This document shows, in pieces, positions 47,130 to 57,630 of a DNA stretch of 64,000 bases. The translations under genes were made by a program, and so were the position numbers. The notes under the pieces are model-generated. The model made no database searches. It was not told the DNA's origin and worked only from the letters and a program-made list of their open reading frames with translations. Each line of letters starts with the position of its first letter. The stretch's first letter is position 1. Source of the stretch: Alphaproteobacteria bacterium. GTDB lineage: Bacteria; Pseudomonadota; Alphaproteobacteria; UBA828. The stretch covers positions 2,944,001 through 3,008,000 of the forward strand of contig OZ243972.1 of the NCBI GenBank assembly GCA_965214705.1, written 5' to 3'.

Positions 47130-47363
47130 ATGAGCAGCACCATCACCTTCACGCGCGTCGCCGACGACGAGGCTCGCATCCTCGACGCCGACGGCGGCCA
47201 CGTCGGCGATCTCTTCCGTCATCCCGACATCCTTCATCCGGGTTCGTCCTACTTCGTGATCCATCTCGACGAAGATCCCCGCGGCCCGGTGCGTGTGCAC
47301 GACCGCTCGCGCATTCGCGAGGTGGCCGAGCAGCGTATCCGCTCACACCCACTCTGGTCGTGA
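47130..47363 (+). CDS. Hypothetical protein
   Basis: AGGAG RBS; MSSTITFTRV...IHLDEDPRGP. Confidence 0.55.
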   Translation: MSSTITFTRVADDEARILDADGGHVGDLFRHPDILHPGSSYFVIHLDEDPRGPVRVHDRSRIREVAEQRIRSHPLWS

Positions 47364-47415
47364 TGCCGGCAGGCACAACAGAAACGGGGACCGTGCGTGG
47401 GGAGAGAATAGCCAC

Positions 47416-49636
47416 GTAGAGTAGGACGCGAGCGCCTGGTGATCCTCACGCACCACAGGTTTCTCGCGCCCTCTCTCAGAACCGGGCGTGCACCTTTCGT
47501 TATGCACCCGGCTCGCCAAAGGCTTTCGTGAAGGCAGGAGTTTTCATCCAATTGAGCTTGAACTGCATGACCGGAATCCGGCCCATTTGGTACAGCTCAG
47601 TGTCGCCATCGGCCCAGACCCGAGCGCCGGGATACTGCCGGCTCGGCCTCGACCAAGAAGCGTACACCCGTCGCGGGGAGGCGCCGTCGTGCTTACCCCG
47701 CATCCACAGCCAGAGCCGTCGCCACACATACCAGTCCAGACTGGACAGGATGCGCTTGGCCCCGATGCAGTGGCGGTAGTAGTGGCCCCACCCCCGGAGG
47801 ATTGGATTGATTTCCTGGAGCACGCTTCTCAGCGAGCGCGTCCGCGTCCGCTGATTCAGCACTTGCTTGATCCGCCGGCAGAAGTCACTGATCGCCTCCT
47901 TCGGGATTTCGACCCGGCACATGTAGCCGTCATGGTCGTCCCCTTTGAGACGAACCCGGCATCCGAGGAACCGGAATCCTTCCGTCAGTCTGGTGATCCG
48001 CGTCTTCTCCTCCGATAGCGTCAGCCCCATCTCCTCGCGCAGCCAGTCCGCGAGCGCCTGCTTCTCAGCAGCCGCATCGTCGTAACCGCCCGCCACGAAG
48101 ATCAGGAAGTCGTCGGCATATCGGACCGGGTAGAAGACCGTTCGCCCGGCCTCCCTGTCCCGAAATCGCCGTGTCGCGGCCATCCGCCTTCCGTCAGTCC
48201 GGATATTGGGATCATGCGGGTGCCTCACCCACCACCAGTACCGCTCCTCGATCGCGCTCAGCGCGATGTTGGCCAGCAGGGGAGACAGGACACCCCCTTG
48301 AGGCGTGCCGGTGGTTGTCGGATTGTAGTTGACGTCCTCCAATACCCCGGCTTTGAGGAACCGCACGATCAGCCTGTTGACCTTCCGGTCCGCGACGGAT
48401 TTCCGTACGCGCTCCATCAGGTAGTGATGGCCGATGTTGTCGAAGCAGCCCTCGATGTCGCCTTCAATCACCCATTGATAGGGAGGGTCGCGAAGCTTCC
48501 CATCGGTTCTCGACTTGTGAGTCCGAGTGGTCAGCCGGATATGTTCGAGTGCGCCATGGCAGCCCCGTCCGGGCCTGAACCCGTAGGAGACCTGCCAGAA
48601 ACGCGCCTCGAAAATTGGCTCCAGGATGTTCTTGACCGCGCATTGCACCACGCGGTCAGCAACGGTGGGGATACCAAGGGGTCGGAACTTCCCCGGCTTG
48701 CCCGGCTTCGGAATCCACTTCCGCCGGGCGGGCGACGGTCGGTAGCTGCCATCGCGCAGCGCCTCCCGAAGCTCGTCCAGAAAGAGCGGTACACCTCCAT
48801 CGCCAGCGGCAATGCTCGCCACCGTCAGCCCGTCGACGCCCGGCGTTCGTCTGCCCTTGTTCTGGGCAATCGAGTGCCATGCACAGCGAAGATTGCGCGG
48901 ATCGGTTACCCAGTTCCACACATCGCCGTAAGCGCCTTCAGGCGTCTCCTTACTCCACCGATACAACTTCCGCTGCACGTTGAGGAGCCAGGCCATGTCG
49001 GCCTGATTATCCGAGTCCACGGATAGTTCCTCCGTCAGTCGATAGCCGATCCACCTTCTGCCCCCCTTCGCCATGTATGCGGCTTTCCCGCACTCCGACT
49101 ACTACGAGGGCTCCGCCCCCATGCGGCCCGTCTCCGTTCTCCGCGGCTAGCCCGGTTCCGTGCCGGGCGAACAGCATGGGTTCCTGTGTTCCGATGACAA
49201 ACCTGAGACCCTTAGGCGGCACGCTATACCCCTTGCAGCTCTGGGGTTCGGGATAGAAGGGTTGACCCGTACCCGGGTGCGTTCAACACACCCGCCAGTC
49301 GGCAGACGGAAGACCAACCGGCTCTCACCGCGCTCCCTCCGCCCCGTCGGGCCATTGAGGGTTGGGCATCTAAATAAAGAGGCTTCCGTCACGTGCTTCG
49401 TTCAACCTCGCCATAGGTCCTGTGGTAGCCCGGCCCGCGAGCGACGGCCCGCACCCGGTACAGTTCAGATCGCAGCTCTTTCGCCCCACCGTCGGAAACC
49501 GGCGGAGCTTAGCGATCCCCTTCCGCCCAACACCCCTCGTCAGGCAGGGTGGCGTTTCAGCCACCGGTCGATCATCAGCACTACCAAGTGTTTGGTTTAC
49601 TTCATGCTTTCCTCCTACTTGGTATTCACAGCGCAC
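47416..49636 (-). mobile_element. Group II intron (~2.2 kb)
   Basis: Minus strand: 5' GTGCGCTGTG at 49636 (best of several candidates); domain V GAGCCGGGTGCATAACGAAAGGTGCACGCCCGGTTC; domain VI ending CCTACTCTAC at 47416. Confidence 0.85.
47500..49020 (-). CDS. Group II intron reverse transcriptase/maturase (no endonuclease domain)
   Basis: TPGVDG, RPLGIPTVADR, SYGFRPGR, EGDIEGCFDNI, GTPQGGVLSPLLANI, RYADD, LRGWGHYY; GTG start after GGAGG. Confidence 0.93.
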   Translation of the reverse strand: MDSDNQADMAWLLNVQRKLYRWSKETPEGAYGDVWNWVTDPRNLRCAWHSIAQNKGRRTPGVDGLTVASIAAGDGGVPLFLDELREALRDGSYRPSPARRKWIPKPGKPGKFRPLGIPTVADRVVQCAVKNILEPIFEARFWQVSYGFRPGRGCHGALEHIRLTTRTHKSRTDGKLRDPPYQWVIEGDIEGCFDNIGHHYLMERVRKSVADRKVNRLIVRFLKAGVLEDVNYNPTTTGTPQGGVLSPLLANIALSAIEERYWWWVRHPHDPNIRTDGRRMAATRRFRDREAGRTVFYPVRYADDFLIFVAGGYDDAAAEKQALADWLREEMGLTLSEEKTRITRLTEGFRFLGCRVRLKGDDHDGYMCRVEIPKEAISDFCRRIKQVLNQRTRTRSLRSVLQEINPILRGWGHYYRHCIGAKRILSSLDWYVWRRLWLWMRGKHDGASPRRVYASWSRPSRQYPGARVWADGDTELYQMGRIPVMQFKLNWMKTPAFTKAFGEPGA

Positions 49637-50352
49637 CCCGTCGTGATGTCCGAGGATGTCACGCGTGCTCATTCCAGCAACCCTGCGGGTCCTCCGGTCG
49701 CTCCGCTCCCTGCGGCCTGGCCCAAGATGCTCTAAGGCGGGCCGTGAACGTCGCCGACCGTGAAGTTGGCTTGCCAGAACTCTCCAACGCCGAGCGTGTG
49801 GCGCACCGGCCCCTTGCGCGGGGCCGGCGCGTCGGCCTGGCGCTAGCAGTTCTCGAGAAGGCCTACTCGAAACGCGGCCAGTCACCGAGGCGGCGCGCCG
49901 GGCCTCCCAGGATCGAAGAACGCCAACTTCCGCACCAACATCGGCGACGTTCCGCACCAACTCCCGCCTAAGACCATCTAGGGCCAGGTGCTTCCACTGC
50001 GCGCGCGTGAAGAGAAACGACATCACGAAGGGGCACTGGGCCCCGGAGGATGAACAAGGGAGGTCGACATGATCGACACCACAAGCGCTACCCCGACCGC
50101 GTCAGCAACCGCTGCCGTCTGCGACAGCATGGCCCTCTACGGCGCAAGCCCCGAGCGCGGAGAGCTCGACAGCCGCGTCGTCTGGGACGAGGACGACGCC
50201 ATGGATGCACTGGGCGAAGCCATCCGCGTCATCGTCGACGGCATCACCGTAGACGGCACTCAGTAAGCGGTATCGGGCCCCCATACTTCCAGCGGATCTG
50301 ATTTCGGGGCTGACTCTCCGCCTTGACCACGAGCCACACAGGAGAGATCGCG

Positions 50353-50778
50353 ATGACAGATTCGATTTTGGCATCTGGCGACGGTGTCGCTGTTGCTTCG
50401 GTTGAGATCCCAGCTTCTGAGGGAGCCGCCCCGGCTCCGTCTGAGCCGGCCCCCATGCGACGCTGGCCGGACGATGAGAAGGCGCGGATTGTCTCGGAGA
50501 GCTTTGAGCCGGGCTCTTCGGTTGCGGCGGTCGCGCGCCGCCATGGCGTCAGCGATACGACCCTGACCAAGTGGCGGCGGCGCGCGCGGGAGGGAACTCT
50601 TCCGGGCGCTCGGATTGGTGGCTCTGCACCGCCATTTGTTCCCGTGGTGGTTGATAGCGTGACGTCCGAGCGGACGGTGGCGATCGAGGCGCTAGGCGTG
50701 GTCGTTCGCCTTCCGGTGGAGAGCGCGGTCGATCGGATTGTTGCGGTGGCCTCGGGCCTGGGCCGGGCGTCGTCATGA
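50353..50778 (+). CDS. tnpA: IS66 TnpA (HTH)
   Basis: RRWPDDEKARIVSESFEPGSSVAAVARRHGV. Confidence 0.9.
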   Translation: MTDSILASGDGVAVASVEIPASEGAAPAPSEPAPMRRWPDDEKARIVSESFEPGSSVAAVARRHGVSDTTLTKWRRRAREGTLPGARIGGSAPPFVPVVVDSVTSERTVAIEALGVVVRLPVESAVDRIVAVASGLGRASS

Positions 50779-51125
50779 TCGCGGCCCCCTCGCTTCGCAT
50801 CGTGTTGGCGACGCGGCCGGTTGATTTTCGTCGCGGCCACGACGCGCTTGCGGCGACGGCGGCGGGGGAGCTGGACCTCGATATCTATTCCGGGGTGATC
50901 GTGATCTTCCGCTCGCGCCGCGGCGACAGGCTCAAGCTCCTTGCGTGGGACGGCAGCGGTCTGGTGATGACCTACAAGCGTCTGGAGCAGGGCCGCTTCG
51001 CCTGGCCTCGGATCGAGGATGGTGTGATGCGCCTTACGAAGGGCCAGTTCGAGGCCCTCTTCGAGGGTCTGGACTGGCGCCGGGTGAAGGCCCGCCCGGT
51101 TCGCCGCCCGCTGGCGGCGGAGTGA
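50775..51125 (+). CDS. tnpB: IS66 accessory protein TnpB
   Basis: PVDFRRGHDAL, FRSRRGDRLKLLAWDGSG, KRLEQGRFAWP. Confidence 0.93.
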   Translation: MIAAPSLRIVLATRPVDFRRGHDALAATAAGELDLDIYSGVIVIFRSRRGDRLKLLAWDGSGLVMTYKRLEQGRFAWPRIEDGVMRLTKGQFEALFEGLDWRRVKARPVRRPLAAE

Positions 51126-51218
51126 GGCGGCACGCAGGCGGGGCCGCAGATTTCGGTCGCGGTCCCGCCTGCACTTTTCCCTGGTCATGCATTGGCGAAT
51201 CGGATTAAGGGGTGGCCC

Positions 51219-52934
51219 ATGCCGAAGGTCACGCCCTCACCCCTCAGCAGCGCCGGTTCGCCGTCGCCTGCGGTGGTTTCGGCGGCGCTGGCGGCCCTGC
51301 ATGCGGAGCTTGACGACGAGCGCGCGGCGCGCCGGGCGACGGAAGCAGCCCTATGCGAAGCGGAGCAGGCACGCGGCGCGGCGGAGGCGGCGAGGCAGAC
51401 GGCGGAAGCGCGGGCGGCACGGCTGGAGGCCGAGAACGCGCAGAGCGCGGAGCAGATCAGCCGGCTTGAGCATCTCAACAAGGAGCTCAGGAAGGCGCTG
51501 TTCGGTCCGCGCTCCGAGAAGCTCGGCGAGGACGAGCGCCAGCTTACGTTCGAGGAGTTTTGGGCGGCGATCGCTGAAGCCGGCGGTCGGCCCGAGGCAG
51601 ATGACCAGGAGCAGGACGAGGGGGCTGGCGGCAAGCGCCGGCGGCGCTCTTCCCGGGGGTCGCGCAGCGGGGTGCGCTTCGGGCCCCAGGTCGACCGGCG
51701 CGAGGAGGTGATCGAGCCGGACACGATCATGTGCCCCTGCGGCTGCGGCGAGATGACGAAGATCGGCGAGGACCGCAGCGAGCGGCTGGACTATGAGCCG
51801 GCGAAGTTCACCGTCATCGAGACCGTGCGCCCCCGCTACGCCTGCAACAAGTGCAAGGGGGGCGGGGTGGTGCAGTCGCCGGCGCCGGCCGCTCTGGTCG
51901 AGGGCGGCCTTCCCACCGAGGCTCTTCTGGCGCAGGTGCTGATCGCGAAGTACGGCGATCATTGCCCGCTCTATCGCCAGTCGCAGATCTACGAGCGCTC
52001 GGGGATCGAGGTTCACCGTGCGACGCTGGCGACGTGGGTGGGCCAGGCGTCGTTTCACCTGCGCCCCGTGGTCGCTTGCCTGGAGGATGAGCTGAAGAAG
52101 TCGGATCACCTGGGTCTGGACGAGACCACGATCCGCGTTCTCGACCCGGGCCGGGGCAAGACGAAGACGGGCTACATGTGGACCCTTGTGCGTGACGAGC
52201 GCCACTGGAGCGGCACGGACCCGCCGGGCGTCGTCTATCGCTATGCGCCCGGCCGCGGCGGCAAGTATGGCGCCGAGCTTATGGAGGGCTTTTCGGGGAC
52301 GGTGCAGCTCGACGGCTACTCGGGCCACAACATCCTGGCGCGGCCGGACCGGGCGGAAGGCCCTGTGACGCGGGCCCTCTGTTGGGCGCATGTAAGACGG
52401 AAGCTGAAAGAGGTATACGACTCGAGCGCATCGCCGATCGCGCTGGCCGGTCTGAATCGGATCGCGAAGCTCTATGCGATCGAGAAGAAGATCCGGGGCA
52501 AGCCGCCGGCGGAGCGCCGCGCGATCCGTTGGGAGGAGTCGGCGCCGATCGTGAACACCTTCGGTGTCTGGCTCGACGAGCAGCGCTCGCGCGTCTCACC
52601 GCGCTCGCGTCTCGGCGAGAAGCTGACCTATATCGCCAACCAGTGGGACGGGCTGCTGGAGTTCCTGCACGACGGTCGTGTCGAGATCGACTCGAACCTG
52701 GTGGAAAACCGAATCCGGCCGCTGAAGCTCACCGCCAAGAACGCGCTCTTCGCCGGCAACGACGAGGGTGCGCAAGCCTGGGCCCGCATCGCCTCGCTGA
52801 TCGAGACCTGCAAGATGAACGGCGTCGAGCCCTACGCCTGGATGCGGAGCACGCTCGAGAAGATCGCCAAGGGCCACCCGCAGTCGGGCATCCAGGAGCT
52901 TCTGCCGTGGAACTTCCAGCCCGAGGCAAAATGA
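51219..52934 (+). CDS. tnpC: IS66 DDE transposase TnpC
   Basis: LFGPRSEK, CPCGC, PLYRQ, LDETT, QLDGY, CWAHVRRK, DSNLVENRIRP, LLPWN. Confidence 0.95.
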   Translation: MPKVTPSPLSSAGSPSPAVVSAALAALHAELDDERAARRATEAALCEAEQARGAAEAARQTAEARAARLEAENAQSAEQISRLEHLNKELRKALFGPRSEKLGEDERQLTFEEFWAAIAEAGGRPEADDQEQDEGAGGKRRRRSSRGSRSGVRFGPQVDRREEVIEPDTIMCPCGCGEMTKIGEDRSERLDYEPAKFTVIETVRPRYACNKCKGGGVVQSPAPAALVEGGLPTEALLAQVLIAKYGDHCPLYRQSQIYERSGIEVHRATLATWVGQASFHLRPVVACLEDELKKSDHLGLDETTIRVLDPGRGKTKTGYMWTLVRDERHWSGTDPPGVVYRYAPGRGGKYGAELMEGFSGTVQLDGYSGHNILARPDRAEGPVTRALCWAHVRRKLKEVYDSSASPIALAGLNRIAKLYAIEKKIRGKPPAERRAIRWEESAPIVNTFGVWLDEQRSRVSPRSRLGEKLTYIANQWDGLLEFLHDGRVEIDSNLVENRIRPLKLTAKNALFAGNDEGAQAWARIASLIETCKMNGVEPYAWMRSTLEKIAKGHPQSGIQELLPWNFQPEAK

Positions 52935-55098
52935 CTCGCGCGCTCACGGCGCTCCTCAAGAAATCCCCGTCGTAGTCAAGCCAGATTCCGGTATGGGGTC
53001 TGCGTACCGCTTACGGCACTCAGATGGCCGACGAGCGCGAGCCGCTGATGTGGGGCCTGACCAACATGCTGCACTCACAGGTCACACGCCTCGACCGCGC
53101 CGTCGACCGCATCGCGCCCGAGATGAAGGACCTCGAGAAGGCGCAGGATGGATCGGAGGTCAAGGCGTGGGAGCTGCAGACCCTCACGGACCGTGCGCAG
53201 AACCTTGGCGATAGGCGCGACGCCTTCGAGAAGCTCCGCGACCTCGCCGCCGACGCCTACCGCGTCGAGACCGGCGACGTCTGGCGCCCAAGGCACGGAT
53301 CGCACGCGAGTCAGACCGGCACGCTGACCTCCGCCGCCATCGACGCACGCGACTTCAGGCGCGCCCGCAAGGACCGCGAGACACGGGCGCACCTTCCCGA
53401 GGGCACCCTGGTCGCCGTCACCGGCGGCAAGACCGTCAGCGATGCCGACGCCGTCTGGAGCACGCTCGACATGGCGCGCGCGAAGTACGGCGACATGGTG
53501 CTGCTACATGGCGGCGGTCCCGGCGTCGAGAAGATCGCGGCAAGCTGGGCAGAGGCCAGAGGCGTCAACCAGGTCATCTGCCGCCCGGACTGGAACGCCC
53601 ACGGCAAGGCCGCGCCCTTCCGTCGCAACGACGACCTGCTCAACCTGCTGCCCAAAGGCGTCATCGCCTTCCCCGGCAGCGGGATCACCGGCAACCTCGT
53701 CGACAAAGCTCGGCAGCTGGGGATACCGGTCATGAAGGTTCAGCTCGCCGCATGACAATGGCGCCACCTGTCCACTACGAGCCGATCGCTGCCTCCGCGG
53801 CGATCGGCTCCCCCTTTTTCGCCGTGCCCCCCTCGCGCATCGCGGCTCGGCGCATCCGCGCCTGCGCCGCTCGCGCTCGAACCGCCAACCCTCCCGGACG
53901 CGGCCTCGGCATCGCTGCCGTCACGGTGCTGCGCACCGTCGACGGACGCTCGCCTCATGGCAGCGAGACCGACCGCGGCGACGTCCGCGCGGCCTCGCCC
54001 GCGCTCCTACTTCACGTCGCCGTCGCCGACCGGTGTACCGGCGCGTGCATCGGCCTCGCCCGTTCGCTTGTGACGATGACGACAACGATGGCGAAGGTGC
54101 GCCCAAGAGTGCGGCCGTTGTCGCCGTGCTGACCTTTACCTCCGCGAGATGAACTGCGAGACCCCTGTGCAGACTCCCCGTCAGCGCCGCCGCCGATGGC
54201 GACAAGCGCCGTGACGCCTCGCCAGACATTGGTGCAGCCGAGCCTGAACGGCCCGGCATCACCACGCCCGCCACTCGCGACGAACATGGTGATCGGATCG
54301 CCACGCCCTTCGTGATCGCCGAGCTTCTGCGCTTCGACCCGGTTGCCGTCCAGCCAACCGTCGCCTGGTCGCCGCGGTCGCACGACCGCCTGCCGCAGAC
54401 TATCCTCCCCGCCTTCGAATCAGGGCTGGCCCTGACCCCTCTTCTCGCCCCCCTCAAGTCCCGGCTCTACGGCGGAGCCGCTTTCACCCTCACACCCCAC
54501 GCGCCTGAAGGCGCAGAGCTATTTTGAGGCGACATAGCCTGACATGGCCGGACACGATAGGACAGAATTGTAGCGAATCCACAGGCGGTGGCGTTGGAAC
54601 GAGCGAAGTACATTGAAATACGGCCCCTAGCCGCCTGATTGGACGCATGTCTTGACATGTGAAATACATTGAAATACGAAGGGGCTTTGCGACTCCAACC
54701 GTCCCGTAGTTCTTTGAAACACGCGACTTGCAGGGGCTGACAGGGCGACACATGTCCGCAATCCGGACCACGAAAAGATGAACGCCCAGCGAGATCGCGT
54801 TGCGGGAGAACGCTGTCGTGACGAACAAGAACAAGACAAAACCCCGCTCCAAGGCCCAAGTCGATGAGAAACCGACCGGGCCTCGCTCGCCGCGAACCAT
54901 CAGATTCACAGATGCCGAGTGGGCGAAGGTCCAGCGCGCCGCAGAAGCAGCCAACATTTCAACCGCCACGTTCGCCTGCAACGTCGTCCTGCACGCCGCT
55001 GACGAATTCACCACCGCCTCCGGTGGAGCCCTTCCGCCCGGCATTCTGGAGCTGGTCAAGCGCACCTATCGCAGCGCCTACATCCTGTCGACTCTGAA

Positions 55099-57258
55099 CC
55101 CAAGTTGGCACTTTTCCGCTGCCTGTGTTCCCTATTGGTTTGATTCAACGCGATATTTTTCTCGGTCGATTCCAACATGGCCCCACATTTTGTGAGATTC
55201 TGTCAGCTCATCAGACGGGTCCTCGTGCGGTGGATGGCGGGGTCCACGCCCGCCGCCGAGGAGATTGCGGCAACCTCGGCGGCCGGGCGCGTGTCCTGGC
55301 GGTTGACGATCAAGGTGCCGTCGGTCTGGCGCAGGCGCGTGGTGATCCGCACCCAGGTCCGCATGCTCTCGCGGATCGACGCCCAGCACTTGTGGATGCC
55401 GCGCGCGGCCAGCCGGGTACGGATCAGATGCACGGCGTGGTAGGCCAGCACGGCGATCAGCAGGTGGGCCGCGATGCGCCGGTCGAGCTGGTGCCAGATC
55501 GGGCGAAGGCCGAGCTCGGATTTCAGGCTCCGGAATGTCGCCTCGATATCCGTGATCCGCCAGTACGTCCGCAGGACCGTCTCGATGTCCCAGTCGACGT
55601 GGCTGGTGCGCAGCACATAGGCACCGGCGCCCTCATCGGCCTCGTCGTATCGCGGCCTGCGCTTGAAGCGCACGGCGGTGGCATTGGGGCCGGTTTTCGC
55701 CCTCTCGACCGTGATCTCGTAGTGCCTGGCGACGGCGGAGAAGCGCTGCTTGAGGCGGCCTATGCTCTCCAGCACCTTGTCGTAGCGCTTGAGGCGGCCC
55801 TTGACCGGGAGGCCGCCGTGGAGCCTTTCCAGCGCCGCCTCGAAGCGGTTCCGCCTCAGGCCGATGATCGCGTTCTCGGCCTTCTTCTTGCCCTCGCTGA
55901 CGACGTAGAGCCGCGCCTCGCCGTCCTCGCTGGCAAGCCGCCAGGCCCGCACCTCGTGGCGCGCGCTGGTGATCAGCAGGGCCTCGGGTCCGCCCTCGGG
56001 CGGCGCAGGCCTGGCACCGCGGCTGACCGCGATCCAGTCGTAGCCCTGCTCGCCCAGCCACGCGATGTTTTTCTCGGTGGCGATGCCCGCGTCCATGACC
56101 ACCGTGGGCTTCGGCGCCGTGCCGCCGCACACCGCCTCGAGCCGCGCCAGCGCCTCGTGCAGCGTGCCCGGCTCGCTCACGTTGCCCGGCAGGATCTCGC
56201 AACTGCGCGGGAAGCCCGCGCCGTCGAGCGCCAGCGCCAGCGTGATGAGGGGACAGTCGTCGCGCTTCTGCTTGGAGCGCCCGAACCTGGGAAGCTCGCC
56301 GCCCGTGTGGCCGTGGTAGTGGACGTTGGTGAGATCGTAGAAGGCGATCGTCTCGGGCAGGTCGAGCAGTGCGCGCTCACGGTTGAACAGCTCCCGCTGG
56401 ATGGCGGCGCGGTGGCGCCAGAGCAGGTCGCCGATGCGGTAGAGCGTCTTGCGCCGCAGCGCCTTGCGGTCGCCCTCCAGGCCCAGGAGCTCGGCGGCCG
56501 CGCTGTCGTGGCGGAGCCAGCGGCTGGTATCACGCTCGCTGGCGGGATGGACCATCCTGGCGACGATCAGCGCGCTGGCGATGCGCCCGTCGCGGCCCTT
56601 GATGTCGAGGCCGTGGAGGATTTCGGCGAAGCCGAGGGCGTCGAGGGCCTTGAGGCACAGGCGCTCGCAGCCGACGGTGCGCGGGTTCTCGTGCTCCAGG
56701 GTATCGAGGTCGACGGTGGCGATGTCGGGCTTGCGCGCCTCTTCCTGCATCGCCTCGACGCGGAACCCCCTGGCCCTGAGCTTGGCGACGATGTCCTCGG
56801 CTGCGGCCCGCACATCCGCCTCGCCCTCGAACAGCGGCGGCTTGCCGTGAAGCAGCGCCTCGGCGAGTTCGGTGACGGCCTTCCACTTCTCGCGCGGCAC
56901 CGGATAGTCGGTGCCGAGATTGAGCAGCGTCCTGTGGCGCACCTTGTCGCCGACGCGCTGGGCGAGCACGAGGCGATGGCTTCGGACCGGCTGGCCGGCC
57001 TTGTCGGTGTGTGTCCTGGTTGCCTTGATGTACATGGCGGCGCCGTTTCTGCGATGCCTGTTTCGCATACACGGCGTTCGCGGCATCTGGCAAGAGGGAT
57101 ATCGACTCAACCCCAAAGTCCTGGCCCCACAATTGGCTTCCAGGACCACGAATGGCAAATGTGGGTCTCAGGTGTCCTCCAACCCCAACATCTAGTGGTT
57201 CAGCGCCGCAAAACTGGCTCGAACAGGCTCGGCTGGTCGGAAAAAGTGCCAACTTGGG
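55099..57258 (-). mobile_element. IS1634-family element A, 2160 bp
   Basis: 17-bp perfect IR CCCAAGTTGGCACTTTT; 4-bp direct repeat TGAA (55095-55098 and 57259-57262). Confidence 0.92.
55203..57035 (-). CDS. IS1634-family transposase
   Basis: FYDLTNVHY, FGRSKQKRDD, VVMDAGI, IEATFRSLKSELGLRPIWH. Confidence 0.92.
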   Translation of the reverse strand: MYIKATRTHTDKAGQPVRSHRLVLAQRVGDKVRHRTLLNLGTDYPVPREKWKAVTELAEALLHGKPPLFEGEADVRAAAEDIVAKLRARGFRVEAMQEEARKPDIATVDLDTLEHENPRTVGCERLCLKALDALGFAEILHGLDIKGRDGRIASALIVARMVHPASERDTSRWLRHDSAAAELLGLEGDRKALRRKTLYRIGDLLWRHRAAIQRELFNRERALLDLPETIAFYDLTNVHYHGHTGGELPRFGRSKQKRDDCPLITLALALDGAGFPRSCEILPGNVSEPGTLHEALARLEAVCGGTAPKPTVVMDAGIATEKNIAWLGEQGYDWIAVSRGARPAPPEGGPEALLITSARHEVRAWRLASEDGEARLYVVSEGKKKAENAIIGLRRNRFEAALERLHGGLPVKGRLKRYDKVLESIGRLKQRFSAVARHYEITVERAKTGPNATAVRFKRRPRYDEADEGAGAYVLRTSHVDWDIETVLRTYWRITDIEATFRSLKSELGLRPIWHQLDRRIAAHLLIAVLAYHAVHLIRTRLAARGIHKCWASIRESMRTWVRITTRLRQTDGTLIVNRQDTRPAAEVAAISSAAGVDPAIHRTRTRLMS

Positions 57259-57399
57259 TGAAGCGGGACGAGATGATGCGCGAGGGACGGCAGGAAGAGC
57301 TTGAACTCACTGTCCAGGCGGCACGGAATGCCGAGGCTCAGGTCCTGGGCGATTCATCCGACTAGTTCCGCAGCACCCGCACCCCTGTCTTCCGGCGCG

Positions 57400-57630
57400 A
57401 CATTCATCGAAGGGCTTGACGGGATCGACCGCATCGAACTGCTCCCCGTCTCCGACTAACGCGACCAAGGCATGCACAGCTCATAGGCGATCCTGAGCAA
57501 GTCGCGAGCCTGGACGGTCGACGCCAACGAATCCTCGTCAATCACCAAGACATCCTTGGCGAAAGCTTCCCGTAAGTCGCGGTCGCCCCAGCGCGTGAAC
57601 CTTCGCTCGGCGACACCGTCATGCGCACCT
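57400..57630 (-). pseudogene. Degenerate fragment of a TrwC/TraI-like relaxase-helicase
   Basis: Manual translation gives AFAKDVLVIDEDSLASTVQARDLLRIA, then after a frameshift VALVGDGEQFDAVDPVKPF (Walker B and motif III of RecD/TraI-like helicases). Confidence 0.6.

Larger units (their letters stand above)
50263..53014 (+). mobile_element. IS66-family element, 2752 bp
   Basis: Ends GTAAGCGGTA...TACCGCTTAC (24-bp imperfect IR); 8-bp TSD GGCACTCA (50255-50262 and 53015-53022). Confidence 0.95.
50069..53755 (+). pseudogene. DUF2493 (SLOG/YspA-like) protein split by IS66 (50069-50262 + 53023-53755, 308 aa when rejoined)
   Basis: Rejoins in frame as DGTQ|MADERE; VAVTGG, VLLHGGG, WAEARGV, KAAPFRRND, AFPGSGITGNLVDKA. 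Confidence 0.85.
54818..57365 (+). pseudogene. Ribbon-helix-helix/mobilisation-type protein split by IS1634 (54818-55098 + 57263-57365, 127 aa when rejoined)
   Basis: RSPRTIRFTDAEWAKVQRAA RHH-like motif; rejoins in frame as ILSTL|KRDEMMREGR. Confidence 0.7.

Noticed and set aside
47500-49020. Retron, DGR or defence-associated RT
   Set aside because: It has a maturase X domain and is followed directly by group II intron domains V and VI
53752-54480. ORFs 53752-54132 and overlapping minus-strand ORFs
   Set aside because: Low-complexity translations without motifs; more likely non-coding backbone
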